A stretch of 64,000 bases of DNA from Candidatus Bathyarchaeota archaeon. Lineage in GTDB: Archaea; Thermoproteota; Bathyarchaeia; Bathyarchaeales; Bathycorpusculaceae. Below, piece by piece: positions 1 through 10,178 of this stretch. The stretch lies in contig OY970340.1 in assembly GCA_963717465.1 (NCBI GenBank), forward strand, positions 768,001-832,000, read 5' to 3'. A program made the position numbers and the translations under genes. The notes below the pieces were generated by a model, which worked only from the letters and a program-made list of their open reading frames with translations, was not told the origin of the DNA and searched no databases. The first letter of the stretch is position 1. Each line of letters begins with the position of its first letter.

Positions 1-167
1 TTTATTTAATTTTTGACGGCTTGCTTATGGTCGACTCAATAGCTAGACGCATTTTTAGTTTTTTTCTCGCAGATTTTTCAGCAGAAGTTTTGTTCAGCTT
101 TTAGGGAAAAGTTATATACTTGTGAGTGACAAATAAGCACCATTTGTCTGCCAAATGGTGGAATTAA

Positions 168-335
168 ATGAAACCACAAATATACCCGCTTGAAAGCAAG
201 AAAAGGTGTACTTTTAGAACAAATCGCGTAACATGGTGCCGAAAACTCGCCAAATTCTGTGACGCACCATATGAATACAATACATGCGGCAGCTACGAAC
301 CGAAGAAAAATCGAAATTTCGAAGGTAATTTCTAA
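168..335 (+). CDS. small Cys-rich hypothetical protein (55 aa), not in ORF track
   Basis: Manual translation MKPQIYPLESKKRCTFRTNRVTWCRKLAKFCDAPYEYNTCGSYEPKKNRNFEGNF*; GGTGG SD-like sequence upstream; TTATATA at ~112; stop overlaps next ATG (TAATG). Confidence 0.55.
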   Translation: MKPQIYPLESKKRCTFRTNRVTWCRKLAKFCDAPYEYNTCGSYEPKKNRNFEGNF

Positions 336-661
336 TGGAAGAATTATCCGATAAATCATTGGCTGGCCCTAAAAACCTGTTCATAATTGGAACACAAACT
401 GGAGACTGCCCAATTTGCAAAAAAACAAAAACCTTACTCATATTGCGCTTCGGCCTTACCCTTTGTAACGAATGCTTGCTCGTTTGCATGAATATATTGG
501 AAAATCTGCAGTATGGCGTAACTAAAGAATCTCAGAGAAAAAACTCGAGGATTTTTGCACAGGGTAAAAAAACTTCTAAAGTAACTCAGGCTGAAGAAAA
601 AACAAATCGGATAACGCAATCCAGAATCCCTAAAACTACAAAGAAACGGGAGTCTAAGTAG
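335..661 (+). CDS. putative C4 zinc-finger protein
   Basis: CPIC...CNEC motif and basic low-complexity tail; coupled to upstream ORF. Confidence 0.55.
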   Translation: MEELSDKSLAGPKNLFIIGTQTGDCPICKKTKTLLILRFGLTLCNECLLVCMNILENLQYGVTKESQRKNSRIFAQGKKTSKVTQAEEKTNRITQSRIPKTTKKRESK

Positions 662-1027
662 AAATTGTCTTATCAACTTTTTAAGCAAACAAAAAATTCC
701 CTATCGAACTGCCATCATAAAAAATTAGTGAACAAACAAGATCGCTTTCAGCACGATTATTTTAATAGATGCCCATTGGAGTGGTTAGGAAAATTATTGT
801 TTTTCTTGGGTTTTCCATCAAATTCGTTTGATGGCTACCTTCCCCTTTGGCAGAAAACTCGACCCAAGAAATCGATATTCCAAATAATCACTCATAAAAC
901 TAGCTGGGGTGTAAAAAATGTTTACGATATAAATATTTAGAATTGCAATTTGTTCTAATAAGAAATAGCTTGCTGTTCGGAATCGAATTAATTTTTATAA
1001 AGACTTTTTGTTATTAAAGTTGATACA

Positions 1028-1225
1028 GTGAGGTGCAAAATATGTTCTGAAAATAATCAGAAAAAGCGTATAGGCGTAATCATGGCTAGCCCATATTTAG
1101 ATGGCATGGCTGTGTTAATCAAGGATGGACTTTACCAAAGTCATACAGAAATCATCAAGGACGCTTTAAGGCGGCTTTTGCTTCATTATAAAATTGCTTT
1201 GATTGAAGAGCCGATTACGAATTAA
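1028..1225 (+). CDS. ribbon-helix-helix (CopG/Arc/MetJ) protein
   Basis: RIGVIM..PYLDGMAVLIKDGLYQSHTEIIKDALRRLL fits RHH pattern. Confidence 0.6.
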   Translation: MRCKICSENNQKKRIGVIMASPYLDGMAVLIKDGLYQSHTEIIKDALRRLLLHYKIALIEEPITN

Positions 1226-1241
1226 CCTTTTTCTTCATCTT

Positions 1242-1445
1242 TTATTCATGAGTTTTATTCTTAGATGCACTGCGTCTTTCAGGTGAAACGTTCAAACCAT
1301 GATATTCATAAAGTATTCTTAAAGCGTCTCTTATGGCCTCGTTTCTGCTGTTGTAAACGCCTTTTTCTATCAGCATATTGAGCAACTCCAGGTACCGTTT
1401 TGTCAATCTAATAGTTATTCTTTCTCTCTTGTTTTCCTCCGACAT
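1242..1445 (-). CDS. ribbon-helix-helix regulator, CdrS-like
   Basis: MSEENKRERITIRLTKRYLELLNMLIEKGVYNSRNEAIRDALR; start moved to ATG at 1445, downstream of GAAGGTG. Confidence 0.8.
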   Translation of the reverse strand: MSEENKRERITIRLTKRYLELLNMLIEKGVYNSRNEAIRDALRILYEYHGLNVSPERRSASKNKTHE

Positions 1446-1687
1446 TTTTCGCACCTTCGAACTTTTTAACTTGACAATTAAATTACCGAAAGCTAAAGAT
1501 AAGTTCATGTCAGACAAATAATCACTCTTTATCTGCCAAAAATTGAAAAGTCGCAAAGCAAGCAATTTGAAAGTGAAGATTTGACTTGTTAAAATCAGTT
1601 TTGCTTTCCAAATATCTAGTGCAAAATGTCTTATATTTTACTTATGCATCAAAGCACATGACGATTCACGATTTTCTTCACGGTGTC

Positions 1688-2302
1688 CTATTTTTTCGAC
1701 ATTAGCACGCGGTAGCCGCTTTCAATGGCAAGAATGGTGCAATTGCCAAAAGTCTCATTAAAAACTGCAGGAAGAGTTTTCCCGCCGATTTTAGATCTTA
1801 TCACCATTTGTAGAGATGATCCAGCAGCCATTACTTTGGGAGCTTGTTTTATAATAGCTTTCACTGTTTCCATTCCTGCACTTACAGGAGGATTGGAAAG
1901 AACGCAATTGAACTTTAAGTCTTCCACTGGCTCATACAAGAAGCCGTAACGCACTTCAGCATTCTTTACCTTGTTTAATTCAAGGTTTTTTCTAGCCAAA
2001 CGTACCGCACGAAAGTTGACATCCGTCAACAGTACATGTAAATTTGGGTTAAAAGCTGCAGCGGCTATTCCTACTACGCCATATCCGCAACCTATGTCTA
2101 AGACACAGCCATTCTTTGGCAGGACCATCGATTCAACAAGTAGCTGCGTGCCTGAGTCAACTTTTTTCTTCGAAAAAACGCTTGATGCAGTCAGAAACTC
2201 AAAATTTTTACTTTTTATGCTGGTTTTAATGATACCAAATTTTTCTTTGGATTTTGGCAAAGAAGAAAAATAGTGTTCCACGCTTCGATTGTTATTACTC
2301 AT
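1688..2302 (-). CDS. class I SAM-dependent methyltransferase (RsmC/MTS family)
   Basis: EHYFS, VFSKKKVDSGT, VLDIGCGYG and SNPP motifs. Confidence 0.9.
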   Translation of the reverse strand: MSNNNRSVEHYFSSLPKSKEKFGIIKTSIKSKNFEFLTASSVFSKKKVDSGTQLLVESMVLPKNGCVLDIGCGYGVVGIAAAAFNPNLHVLLTDVNFRAVRLARKNLELNKVKNAEVRYGFLYEPVEDLKFNCVLSNPPVSAGMETVKAIIKQAPKVMAAGSSLQMVIRSKIGGKTLPAVFNETFGNCTILAIESGYRVLMSKK

Positions 2303-3332
2303 TTGCTTTATCGCTTTTCCAAACTTTCGGGTAGGTCCCTCTTTGCATTAGTACCCTTTGCGATGCTGCAACTGCTCCATGTTTTAGATTTTGCATTTCT
2401 TCAGATGATACTAACGATTTTGCTAACGCTACAGCTTCGCCTTTCAAAGTGAAAACGCTAATGATAGAGTCTTTCTGAATCCCAGTTTCAAGCGACAGCA
2501 CACCTGGAGCTGTAAGGTTTGCTCCGTGGCATATTGCATCAACAGCCGAATCTCTAATTGTTACTTTAGGAAGCAAAGCAAGCGCAGTTTCCATAGGCTG
2601 GATGAATTTATGCAGGACTTTTTGATCCTTTTTTTCTTCCCATTCGTTGAAGTAATATTGTACATCATGTAATGTTACTTTAGTACTGCTACTTTCGACG
2701 AATGGTCCTGCACGAGTTCTGCGTAGTTCTTGCATGTGCGCGCCTACGCCTACGACTTCGCCAATGTCAAAACAGAGTTTTCGAATGTATGTTCCTGCTT
2801 CGCAGCCGACTTTGAAGAGCACGTTGCGTCCCGTCAAACTCCAAAAAATCAATATAGTATATTCTTCTGGTTCGGATTTGTCGTTTAACTGAGGACCTCA
2901 ATGGTGGGCGCTGAAAAATCAGGTCTTCAAATTCCTTGAGAACTTGAATTAGTCGCTCCTTGGTTACGTCTCCATGTAGTTTCATTACGCAAACGTATTC
3001 TTTGCCGCTGTAGAGGAGTGCTTGTACGATTTTTGTAGAGTCCTCTAAGGTGACGGGCAGGATGCCGGTTACTTTGGGATTTCTCTGGCTTTATACTAAG
3101 CCTCTAGAGTCCCGCCGTGACCGATGCTCGTTAAATGCATGATTTTTTTTGCCCATGCAGCAACTTCGTGGCTTGTGGGGCCTGCAGGTTTATCTAAATT
3201 TATTATGCCATATTGAATGTATTCTTTTGCTGGCCGTTCTGAAGGCAGGTGCCCGTATTTTGGGTCGGTTGTGGCTTCAGATTTGACGAGCAGTTCGCGT
3301 TTAATGTCCCATGGAGGGATTGTTCTAGGCAT
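2295..3332 (-). CDS. cbf5: H/ACA RNA-guided pseudouridine synthase Cbf5; intron at 3081-3103 and a 1-nt indel at ~2830
   Basis: INLDKPAGPTSHEV, GHGGTL(D)PKVTGILP, KEYVCVMKLH, QRPPLRSSVKR, CEAGTYIRKLC and C-terminal PUA domain, spread over three ORF pieces. Confidence 0.95.
3081..3103 (-). other. 23-nt bulge-helix-bulge pre-mRNA intron in cbf5
   Basis: Minus strand GGGA-CUCU-AG^A-GGCUU-AGUAUA-AAGCC-AGAG-AA^A-UCCC; removal restores GGG ACT CTA GAT CCC AAA = G-T-L-D-P-K. Confidence 0.92.
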
Positions 3333-3394
3333 CGAATCGTATTCTCCCTTTTGAATAAGAAAAAGATGTTGTTGAGGTAATTAAAGATTGAATA

Positions 3395-3664
3395 TTACGC
3401 GACTTGTTTCATTTCTTCAATTTTACCTGTGGCTTCAAGTGATTTTATTACGTCCTCGTCTGATGCGCCTCGTTTCACGTCGATTTTTTCTTGTAGAGGC
3501 ATCACATGGTTCATGTTAACTCGTCTTCTTTTAACTCCCGTCACTTTTTTTGGTCCAGTGATTAAAATGAAGCTTTTATCCATGATGTCAATTACTACAC
3601 ATTTCTTTCCGTTTTCTCGTCCAGCTTGTTTTATGCATATTCGACCTATTTCAACAGCAGGCAA
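3395..3664 (-). CDS. rpl14e: 50S ribosomal protein L14e
   Basis: EIGRICIKQAGRENGKKCVVIDIMDKSFILITGPKKVTGVKRRRVN; adjacent to cbf5. Confidence 0.95.
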   Translation of the reverse strand: MPAVEIGRICIKQAGRENGKKCVVIDIMDKSFILITGPKKVTGVKRRRVNMNHVMPLQEKIDVKRGASDEDVIKSLEATGKIEEMKQVA

Positions 3665-3755
3665 TTAACTCAGCTCCTTAAACCAATCTATAACAATCAA
3701 TATTTAAGTTTAACAGGTAAAAGGGTTAGCGCGTAGCTTTTCATTTTCTTAAGCC

Positions 3756-5159
3756 TTAAATAAGAAGGGGTGCAGAAAAATACCTGCTTGAAAAAATTAG
3801 CTCATGAACTTTTTTACTAGTTTCATAAAGCACGGTAGCACCGAAAACTAAGTTTTCAACTGAAATTCTTTCATCGATACCATGTTCACGCTTGATTATT
3901 TTCCCGTTAATTGGTGCCTCAGGATACATGGGTTGAAAACCGTAGCATACGCTTCCAGCTTCTCTGAAAAATCGTGAATCAGTTGCACCTGTCATGAGAG
4001 AGGGTGAAACTGTGCATTTGGGTTCAAAATTTCTGAGACCCTCAGCGATAACCTTGTAAAGCGGCGTTTTTAGTGGCGATTCTGAGCCTTCGTATGCTTG
4101 AATAATCTCAAACGATAACTTGTCCAAATCAGCCTCTGAGATTAAATCCTTAATCAAATCCAACGTTTCAGCGATGCTTTGCCCAGGAAGCAACCGGCAA
4201 TCGAAGACGCATTCACATTCGCCGGGAATAATATTCTCTTTTGATCCACCTTGAATAATTGTTGGATTAATAGTCATGCTGATTCTTGAGCGAAGTTCCT
4301 CTGCTAACGGCTTATTCTTCAAAGCTAATTCTTCTAAGATGGTATCGCTTGATTTTGGGTTTGCAAGTAAACGCGAAATAATCTCTTGCAAATCATTATC
4401 TTGTTTGGCGATGACGTCTAAGAACTGTTTTATTGTTGGCACAAACTCAACTTTTGGACGATAACGATCCAGTCTATCAATAACTCTGCACATACGCAAA
4501 ACTGCGTTGTCAGCCATGTTAGGCGTTGAACCATGACCTGGAAAACCTTTTGCTTTAATTTTGAACCATAAGATTCCTTTCTCCGCGGTGTTTATGGTGA
4601 AAACGTTTCCTTTGGCAGTTTTTATAGCTGATCCTCCACCCTCATTGAGGACATAATCAGCAAAAATTTTCTCACGGTGATTGCTTAGCAAGAATTTTGC
4701 TCCTGCCCAGCCCATGTTCTCTTCATCAGCTGTCGCAGCTAACAAGACATCTCCTTTGAGCTTGACGTTATCTTGTTTTAAGAGCTTCAAAGCAACAGTT
4801 TCTATAGCAGTCATGCCTTTCATGTCCAATGCACCTCTGCCCCAAACAAACCCATCCTTTATTACTCCACCAAAAGGGTCAACGCTCCACGCTTTAGCAT
4901 CAGCTCCAACAACATCCAAATGAGAAAGCAAGAGCAAACTAGGTTTTTCTCCAGTACCCTTCAACCGCGTGATCAAGTTGCCTCTTGATGGTGACGATTC
5001 AATAATTTCACACTTAAAACCTGCTTGGCTAAGATGGTTAGCGACAAACTTGGCTGCTTGTGTTTCATTCCCAGGCGGGTTTGTCGTGTTTATTTTGATT
5101 AAATTGCTTAAGAAACCTGTTACTTCTTCTTCGATTTCATCGCGTGAATCAATATGCAT
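3756..5159 (-). CDS. M20 family metallopeptidase/deacylase (ArgE/DapE-like)
   Basis: SHLDVV, GRGALDMKG, ADEE, NEGG, GATDSRFF and HGIDERI motifs. Confidence 0.9.
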   Translation of the reverse strand: MHIDSRDEIEEEVTGFLSNLIKINTTNPPGNETQAAKFVANHLSQAGFKCEIIESSPSRGNLITRLKGTGEKPSLLLLSHLDVVGADAKAWSVDPFGGVIKDGFVWGRGALDMKGMTAIETVALKLLKQDNVKLKGDVLLAATADEENMGWAGAKFLLSNHREKIFADYVLNEGGGSAIKTAKGNVFTINTAEKGILWFKIKAKGFPGHGSTPNMADNAVLRMCRVIDRLDRYRPKVEFVPTIKQFLDVIAKQDNDLQEIISRLLANPKSSDTILEELALKNKPLAEELRSRISMTINPTIIQGGSKENIIPGECECVFDCRLLPGQSIAETLDLIKDLISEADLDKLSFEIIQAYEGSESPLKTPLYKVIAEGLRNFEPKCTVSPSLMTGATDSRFFREAGSVCYGFQPMYPEAPINGKIIKREHGIDERISVENLVFGATVLYETSKKVHELIFSSRYFSAPLLI

Positions 5160-5291
5160 ATTAACTTGTTCAACCTACTTTATTTCGAGCTATATCAACT
5201 TATTGCTAGCAAATAAAAAGTTTATTAAGTTTTTCTCAATACTAAACAATTAAGTTTATATTTTAGCAAAAAATTCATGATATAAAAAAAG

Positions 5292-5807
5292 ATGATAGTC
5301 ATGAAAGAATTGAAACCAATCGACTATAAGCTCTTGTTCGAGTTAATGAAAGACTCGCATAGAAGCGACCGGCAATTAGCTAAAGCCTTAGGTGTTTCTC
5401 AGCCCACAGTAACTCGAAGAAGAGCAATGCTTGAAGAAAACTATATCGAAGGCTACACAGTTATACCAAAGTTCTTCCAAATAGGGTTCGAAATCTCTGC
5501 ATTAACATTTTTCAAAACCACTCTGAAAAAGCAAAAGGGACAAGAAAAAGAAGAATCAATTAAGAAACTAAAAGAATGGTACATGAAACAAACAGGCGTC
5601 GTCCTATGCATGGATGGAATGGGCATGGGGTGGGATTCGATGTGCTTTTCATTCCACCCAAACTACACAAGCTACATCGAGTTCAAAAAATCTCTAGACT
5701 CAGAATTAGATTGGATAATTGAAAGCCAAACTTTCATCGTCAACTTTAGAACTGACACCGTGTTTAAGCCATTCCACATGAAATATTTAACAATGGACAA
5801 GAAATAA
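5292..5807 (+). CDS. Lrp/AsnC family transcriptional regulator
   Basis: IDYKLLFELMKDSHRSDRQLAKALGVSQPTVTRRR HTH. Confidence 0.88.
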   Translation: MIVMKELKPIDYKLLFELMKDSHRSDRQLAKALGVSQPTVTRRRAMLEENYIEGYTVIPKFFQIGFEISALTFFKTTLKKQKGQEKEESIKKLKEWYMKQTGVVLCMDGMGMGWDSMCFSFHPNYTSYIEFKKSLDSELDWIIESQTFIVNFRTDTVFKPFHMKYLTMDKK

Positions 5808-6004
5808 ACTAAGTCCAAACCATTTTTTTATTTTTTCAAAATTTTCCATATTAGGACTGTTTTCATCTTTTAGATTATTAATCAATTATCTCAAATATAA
5901 CAAGTTTCTTGTTCTCTCTTGTTGGAACGCAACTGCAAATATTTTATAGTATATGATGACACAATAATGTAAGCGCTCCCTATCATTGCAAGAGGCAAAA
6001 CAAA

Positions 6005-6549
6005 TGGCAATAGAACAAACAATTGTTCCGAAAGAGGACACATCAAATTTCACTGCTGTCAAAATCATCGGTTTAATTGCAGACACGCATATTCCTTCAA
6101 AGCAAGTTGCATTCCGCAGGGAGTTTTCAAAGCATTCGAAAAAGCAGATTTCATAATTCATGCTGGTGACTTGGTAGAATTGAAAGTTATCGATGAACTA
6201 GAGCAAATTGCTCCTGTGCTTGCTGTTCACGGTAACATGGACAGTCCAGAAGTTAGTGGTGCTTTGCCTCAACTTGACTCATTAAAAATTTATGATTGGA
6301 AAATAGGAGTTATGCATGACCCGAACACACTTTTTGGAATGAATAAAATGAGGGAAATTGCCAAACAAAACATTTTTAACGTTTTTGTTTACGGGCATAC
6401 TCATAGCTCTAATATTAAGTGGGAAGAAAATATCTTGTATATTAATCCTGGAAGTCCAACTAACCCTTCCTCGATCGTTGACAAGCCTTCTGTCGCAGTT
6501 GTTAAAAATAACGAAAAATGAAATAAAACCTGAAATTATTCATATTTAA
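6005..6549 (+). CDS. YfcE/MJ0936-family metallophosphoesterase (two apparent indels)
   Basis: IGLIADTH, IIHAGD, VHGNMD, YGHTH and INPGS motifs across frames. Confidence 0.85.
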
Positions 6550-6555
6550 CTGCTT

Positions 6556-6990
6556 TATATCATAGATATGAATGACACGTAAAGGCTCAAGTAAAGCAAT
6601 GTTCCAAGAGCAATTGAAACCAGCCAAAGAATGTACGTAGCCAGCATAAGACGTTTTTTTTGGGAGACAATATTTCAAGTCTTTCCGTAAACGCCATGAT
6701 GCAACTATCCAAATACCAAGAATCCAAGTTAAGGCTCCAACTGCGGCGTGAACGATGACGGTTGCAAAAACTGGACTTGAAAGGTTCAATGCGAAATAGA
6801 TGCTTACTAAAGATGGAATCATAACTGATAAAACCATGGCAGTATGAAGAATTACTGCTGAAAGCATAACATAATCCATGTTGTCCGCAACTTATTTTCT
6901 CTTTTAAGCATGTAGCCAACGATGAGCAAAGCAAGCACAATAAATTGAATAACAAGATTTGTTGATTGCTAAAACAAAAACAAAATCCAT
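6556..6990 (-). CDS. small polytopic membrane protein (DUF420-like), multiple indels; boundaries approximate
   Basis: Hydrophobic helices with His (QHG..MLSAVILH, IVHAAVG) reassembled across frames. Confidence 0.55.
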
Positions 6991-7118
6991 TATTGGCTTC
7001 ACAATATTAAAGTTAGAAGAATTACTTTAACCCATCTCTCCACGTAACCCGCAATCAGTTACATGATTTCTTTTATTAGGCTTTTTTGCAGAAATTGAAA
7101 TCACTGGAGATACCAAAA

Positions 7119-7259
7119 ATGGAGCAATGTAAAAACCCCTGGAAAAACGAGTGCAAAAGCGAAAACATACAACTCTATATTCTTTACAAAGGTGAAAAAG
7201 TTCCAATCTGCAGGCAATGTTGGAATAGTATAGCTGACAAAGAAAACGATTGGTGTTAA
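7119..7259 (+). CDS. small zinc-binding protein (46 aa), not in ORF track
   Basis: MEQCKNPWKNECKSENIQLYILYKGEKVPICRQCWNSIADKENDWC*; GGAGA SD upstream. Confidence 0.75.
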   Translation: MEQCKNPWKNECKSENIQLYILYKGEKVPICRQCWNSIADKENDWC

Positions 7260-7261
7260 AC

Positions 7262-7500
7262 ATGGAAAATTTTAGCTTAAACAGTGCCAAATCCTTCATT
7301 GGAAAAAACGTGAATTTACATTTAAAAGATGGCTCAGTGATAATTAATGTTTATTTAACTGGCATTCAAGGTGGAATTTCAGGAAAATCTAAGTTTATCA
7401 AGTATGTCTCACTCTGGAAATTTGAACACTACAATACCCGTTGAGAAATGTTGCTTGGGCAGAGATGCTAAACACAAATTTAATCCAATTATTTGGCTAA
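7262..7500 (+). CDS. small Sm/LSm-fold-like hypothetical protein (indels)
   Basis: FIGKNVNLHLKDGSVIINV resembles the Sm1 motif; C-terminus ...VAWAEMLNTNLIQLFG* lies in a shifted frame. Confidence 0.5.
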
Positions 7501-7697
7501 ATGCTTTTTTAACTTTTTTCCCAAGCATTATTTTTTTTGAAGAAATTTGTCGAAATGAAATAAAGCTTTTTTGCTTGTGCCTAAAGCAAGTAATAGAGCT
7601 TTTGCGCAGGATAGATGAACAAGCAAGGGCAAGAAGTTCTGATTAGCTTCCAACAGTTTTAAATAATCGAGTTTGAACCTTTCAAAGGTTGACCTGT

Positions 7698-8693
7698 ATG
7701 CCTTGCACGGTAATTGTTGGGGCCTTCTGGGGAGATGAAGGCAAAGGAAAAATAATTTCCTACTTAGCTTTGAACGATAAGCTTGATTTTTGCGTTAGGA
7801 CAGGTTCAGTAAACGCTGCGCACACTGTCTGGAATGATGGGAAAAAGTTTGCGTTGCATATGGTTCCAGCAGGTTTTCTTTATGAAAAGTGCCGTTTGCT
7901 CATTGGTGCTGGAGCTAACGTTCAAGTTCCCAAGTTCTTTGAAGAGTTGGAGTTAACCAAAGTTAAAGGTCGAATGGGAATAGACCAGATGGCATCGATA
8001 ATCGAGGAGAAACATGCTGTTTTGGACAAAAGCAGTGCACATTTGAAAGGTATTGGAACGACAGGTTGGGGTGTTGGACCAGCATTGGAAGAACGCGTTA
8101 GAAGAACAGCTAAGCTTGCAAGGGATATTCCAGAGTTGAAGCCTTACCTTACTGATGTCTCAGCCGAAATCAACGATGGGTTAGATGCTGGAAAGAAGGT
8201 TTTGCTTGAAGGTACTCAGGGTTTCATGCTTTCGCTTTATTTTGGCACTTACCCCTACGTGACTGGAAGAGATACAAGTGCATCAGCTATCGCTTCTGAA
8301 GCCGGGGTTGGACCTACAAGGGTTGATAATGTATTGATAGTTTACAAGTCTTTCATAACACGAGTCGGCGCTGGGCCTTTACCTGGAGAAATGACAAAAG
8401 AAGAAGCGGTAAACAAAGGCTGGTTTGAAACTGCTGCTGGAACTGGACGAGACAGGCGTTCTGCACCATTTGATTTTGAGTTAGCCAAGAAGACTGCAAG
8501 GATCAACGGTGCAACCGAAGCGGCAATTACAAAACTTGACAGCATATTTCCAAGTTGCAAGGGCGCTAGGCGTTATGGTGATCTTTCTAAGGAAGCAAAA
8601 GCATTCGTTAAAGAAGTTGAAGCAAAGGCTGGTGTACCAGTGGTTTTAATCGGAACTGGACCTGAGGCTTTAGATATTATTGATAGACGCTGA
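7698..8693 (+). CDS. purA: adenylosuccinate synthetase (short archaeal form)
   Basis: GAFWGDEGKGK, NAAHTV, LEGTQG, GTYPYVT and TRVGAGP motifs. Confidence 0.96.
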   Translation: MPCTVIVGAFWGDEGKGKIISYLALNDKLDFCVRTGSVNAAHTVWNDGKKFALHMVPAGFLYEKCRLLIGAGANVQVPKFFEELELTKVKGRMGIDQMASIIEEKHAVLDKSSAHLKGIGTTGWGVGPALEERVRRTAKLARDIPELKPYLTDVSAEINDGLDAGKKVLLEGTQGFMLSLYFGTYPYVTGRDTSASAIASEAGVGPTRVDNVLIVYKSFITRVGAGPLPGEMTKEEAVNKGWFETAAGTGRDRRSAPFDFELAKKTARINGATEAAITKLDSIFPSCKGARRYGDLSKEAKAFVKEVEAKAGVPVVLIGTGPEALDIIDRR

Positions 8694-8749
8694 TTTGGGG
8701 CAACTCTTTTATTTCTTGGTAACATGCCCTATTTTTGAGGGCAAATTAA

Positions 8750-9892
8750 ATGAATGCATACAGTGAACCAGTAAAACATACTCGCAGTTTCCTTATTCTA
8801 ATCTTAGTTGCAGGAATACTTGTTGGAAGTATTGTAAGTGTGGCAGTATTTTATTTCCAGAACCAAGATTTAGCCAACCGTGTTACTGATTTGGAAAACC
8901 AAGTTTCGCTTCTTAGTGGTTTTCAAAATGCAACTTACCAGAACATTACGATTTACGAAAATGGTACCTCTTTAGCGGATATTTATGATAGTGTGCATAA
9001 TTCAATAGTTTTAATTATGGGAACAAGCGGCGATGAGACAATACAAGGCTCTGGTTTCGTATACTATGATACTACTTACAATGAAAATGTTGTCATTACA
9101 AATTATCATGTAGTTGATGGCACTAGCGATACGAGTGTTACTTTTTCTGACGGCAACGGTTACGCAGCAACAGTTCTAGGCACTGATCCCTACGCAGATT
9201 TGGCTATTCTTTCTGTCCCAACTGCGCCTTCAAGCGAGTTTACGCCCATTCAAATCACCAGTTCATCAACATTGCGCATTGGCGAGCAAGTTTTTGCAAT
9301 TGGAAATCCATACGGCTTGACAGGTTCTTTAACCACAGGTATAATAAGTGCTCTTGGAAGAACAATAACCGAGGATACCTCTAACGGTTATTCAATTGCA
9401 AACATAATTCAAACCGACACTTTGATCAATCCTGGAAACTCTGGAGGACCATTACTGAATGCAGCGGGAAACGTTGTTGGAATCACAACGGCGATTGCTT
9501 CCAATTCAGAAGGGATAGGTTTTGCCGTTCCATCTGACACGATTTTACGCGAAATAAATGAGTTGATAAGCACAAGAAGTTACAGTGGTCATTCTTACTT
9601 GGGCGTAACAGGAGAAGATATGAGTTATGATTTAGCTCAGGAGTATAACCTTAATGTCACTTACGGTTTTAGAATTGATACAGTTGTAGCTTCAAGTCCA
9701 TCCTCAGGCATCTTATTGTCCGGAGATGTCATCATTGCGATGAATGGAACCAGAATAACAAATGGAGATGATTTAGCAAGTTACTTAGAGGAGAATACTC
9801 TTCCCGGAGATAATTTAGTTTTAACTGTGGTGAGAAATAACGCAGATATGAATGTCACAGTCACGCTAGGAACAAGACCTGCTTCTACATAA
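8750..9892 (+). CDS. membrane-anchored HtrA/DegP-like serine protease with PDZ domain
   Basis: N-terminal TM; TNYHVV, DLAIL, IQTD..INPGNSGGPL; PDZ GDVI. Confidence 0.93.
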   Translation: MNAYSEPVKHTRSFLILILVAGILVGSIVSVAVFYFQNQDLANRVTDLENQVSLLSGFQNATYQNITIYENGTSLADIYDSVHNSIVLIMGTSGDETIQGSGFVYYDTTYNENVVITNYHVVDGTSDTSVTFSDGNGYAATVLGTDPYADLAILSVPTAPSSEFTPIQITSSSTLRIGEQVFAIGNPYGLTGSLTTGIISALGRTITEDTSNGYSIANIIQTDTLINPGNSGGPLLNAAGNVVGITTAIASNSEGIGFAVPSDTILREINELISTRSYSGHSYLGVTGEDMSYDLAQEYNLNVTYGFRIDTVVASSPSSGILLSGDVIIAMNGTRITNGDDLASYLEENTLPGDNLVLTVVRNNADMNVTVTLGTRPAST

Positions 9893-10178
9893 AAACAAAT
9901 TTTTTCTTCATTTCATTAGGTCTACTTTTCCCCTCCCCTAATTTAACCTTAGAATGCTATTTTCCATAAGTTACTTAATAGACAGGCGGTGACTAGAGGA
10001 CTATATAGTCGTGTAAAACCTTATGTTTTTGCCAATTATGACGAGTTGGATCTTGAATACTGCATTACAAATCAAATTGTGTCGGCAGCTGCAAGAATTT
10101 TAGGTTTTTTTAAGTTAAAGAAGCTTAATTGCTGAGTAAGAAAGAAGAAACAAAAAATCTGCTGGATTTCATGAAAGC

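Noticed and set aside
2825..2835. Programmed frameshift in cbf5
   Set aside because: A single extra G in a G-run with no slippery heptamer; matches the window-wide indel pattern.
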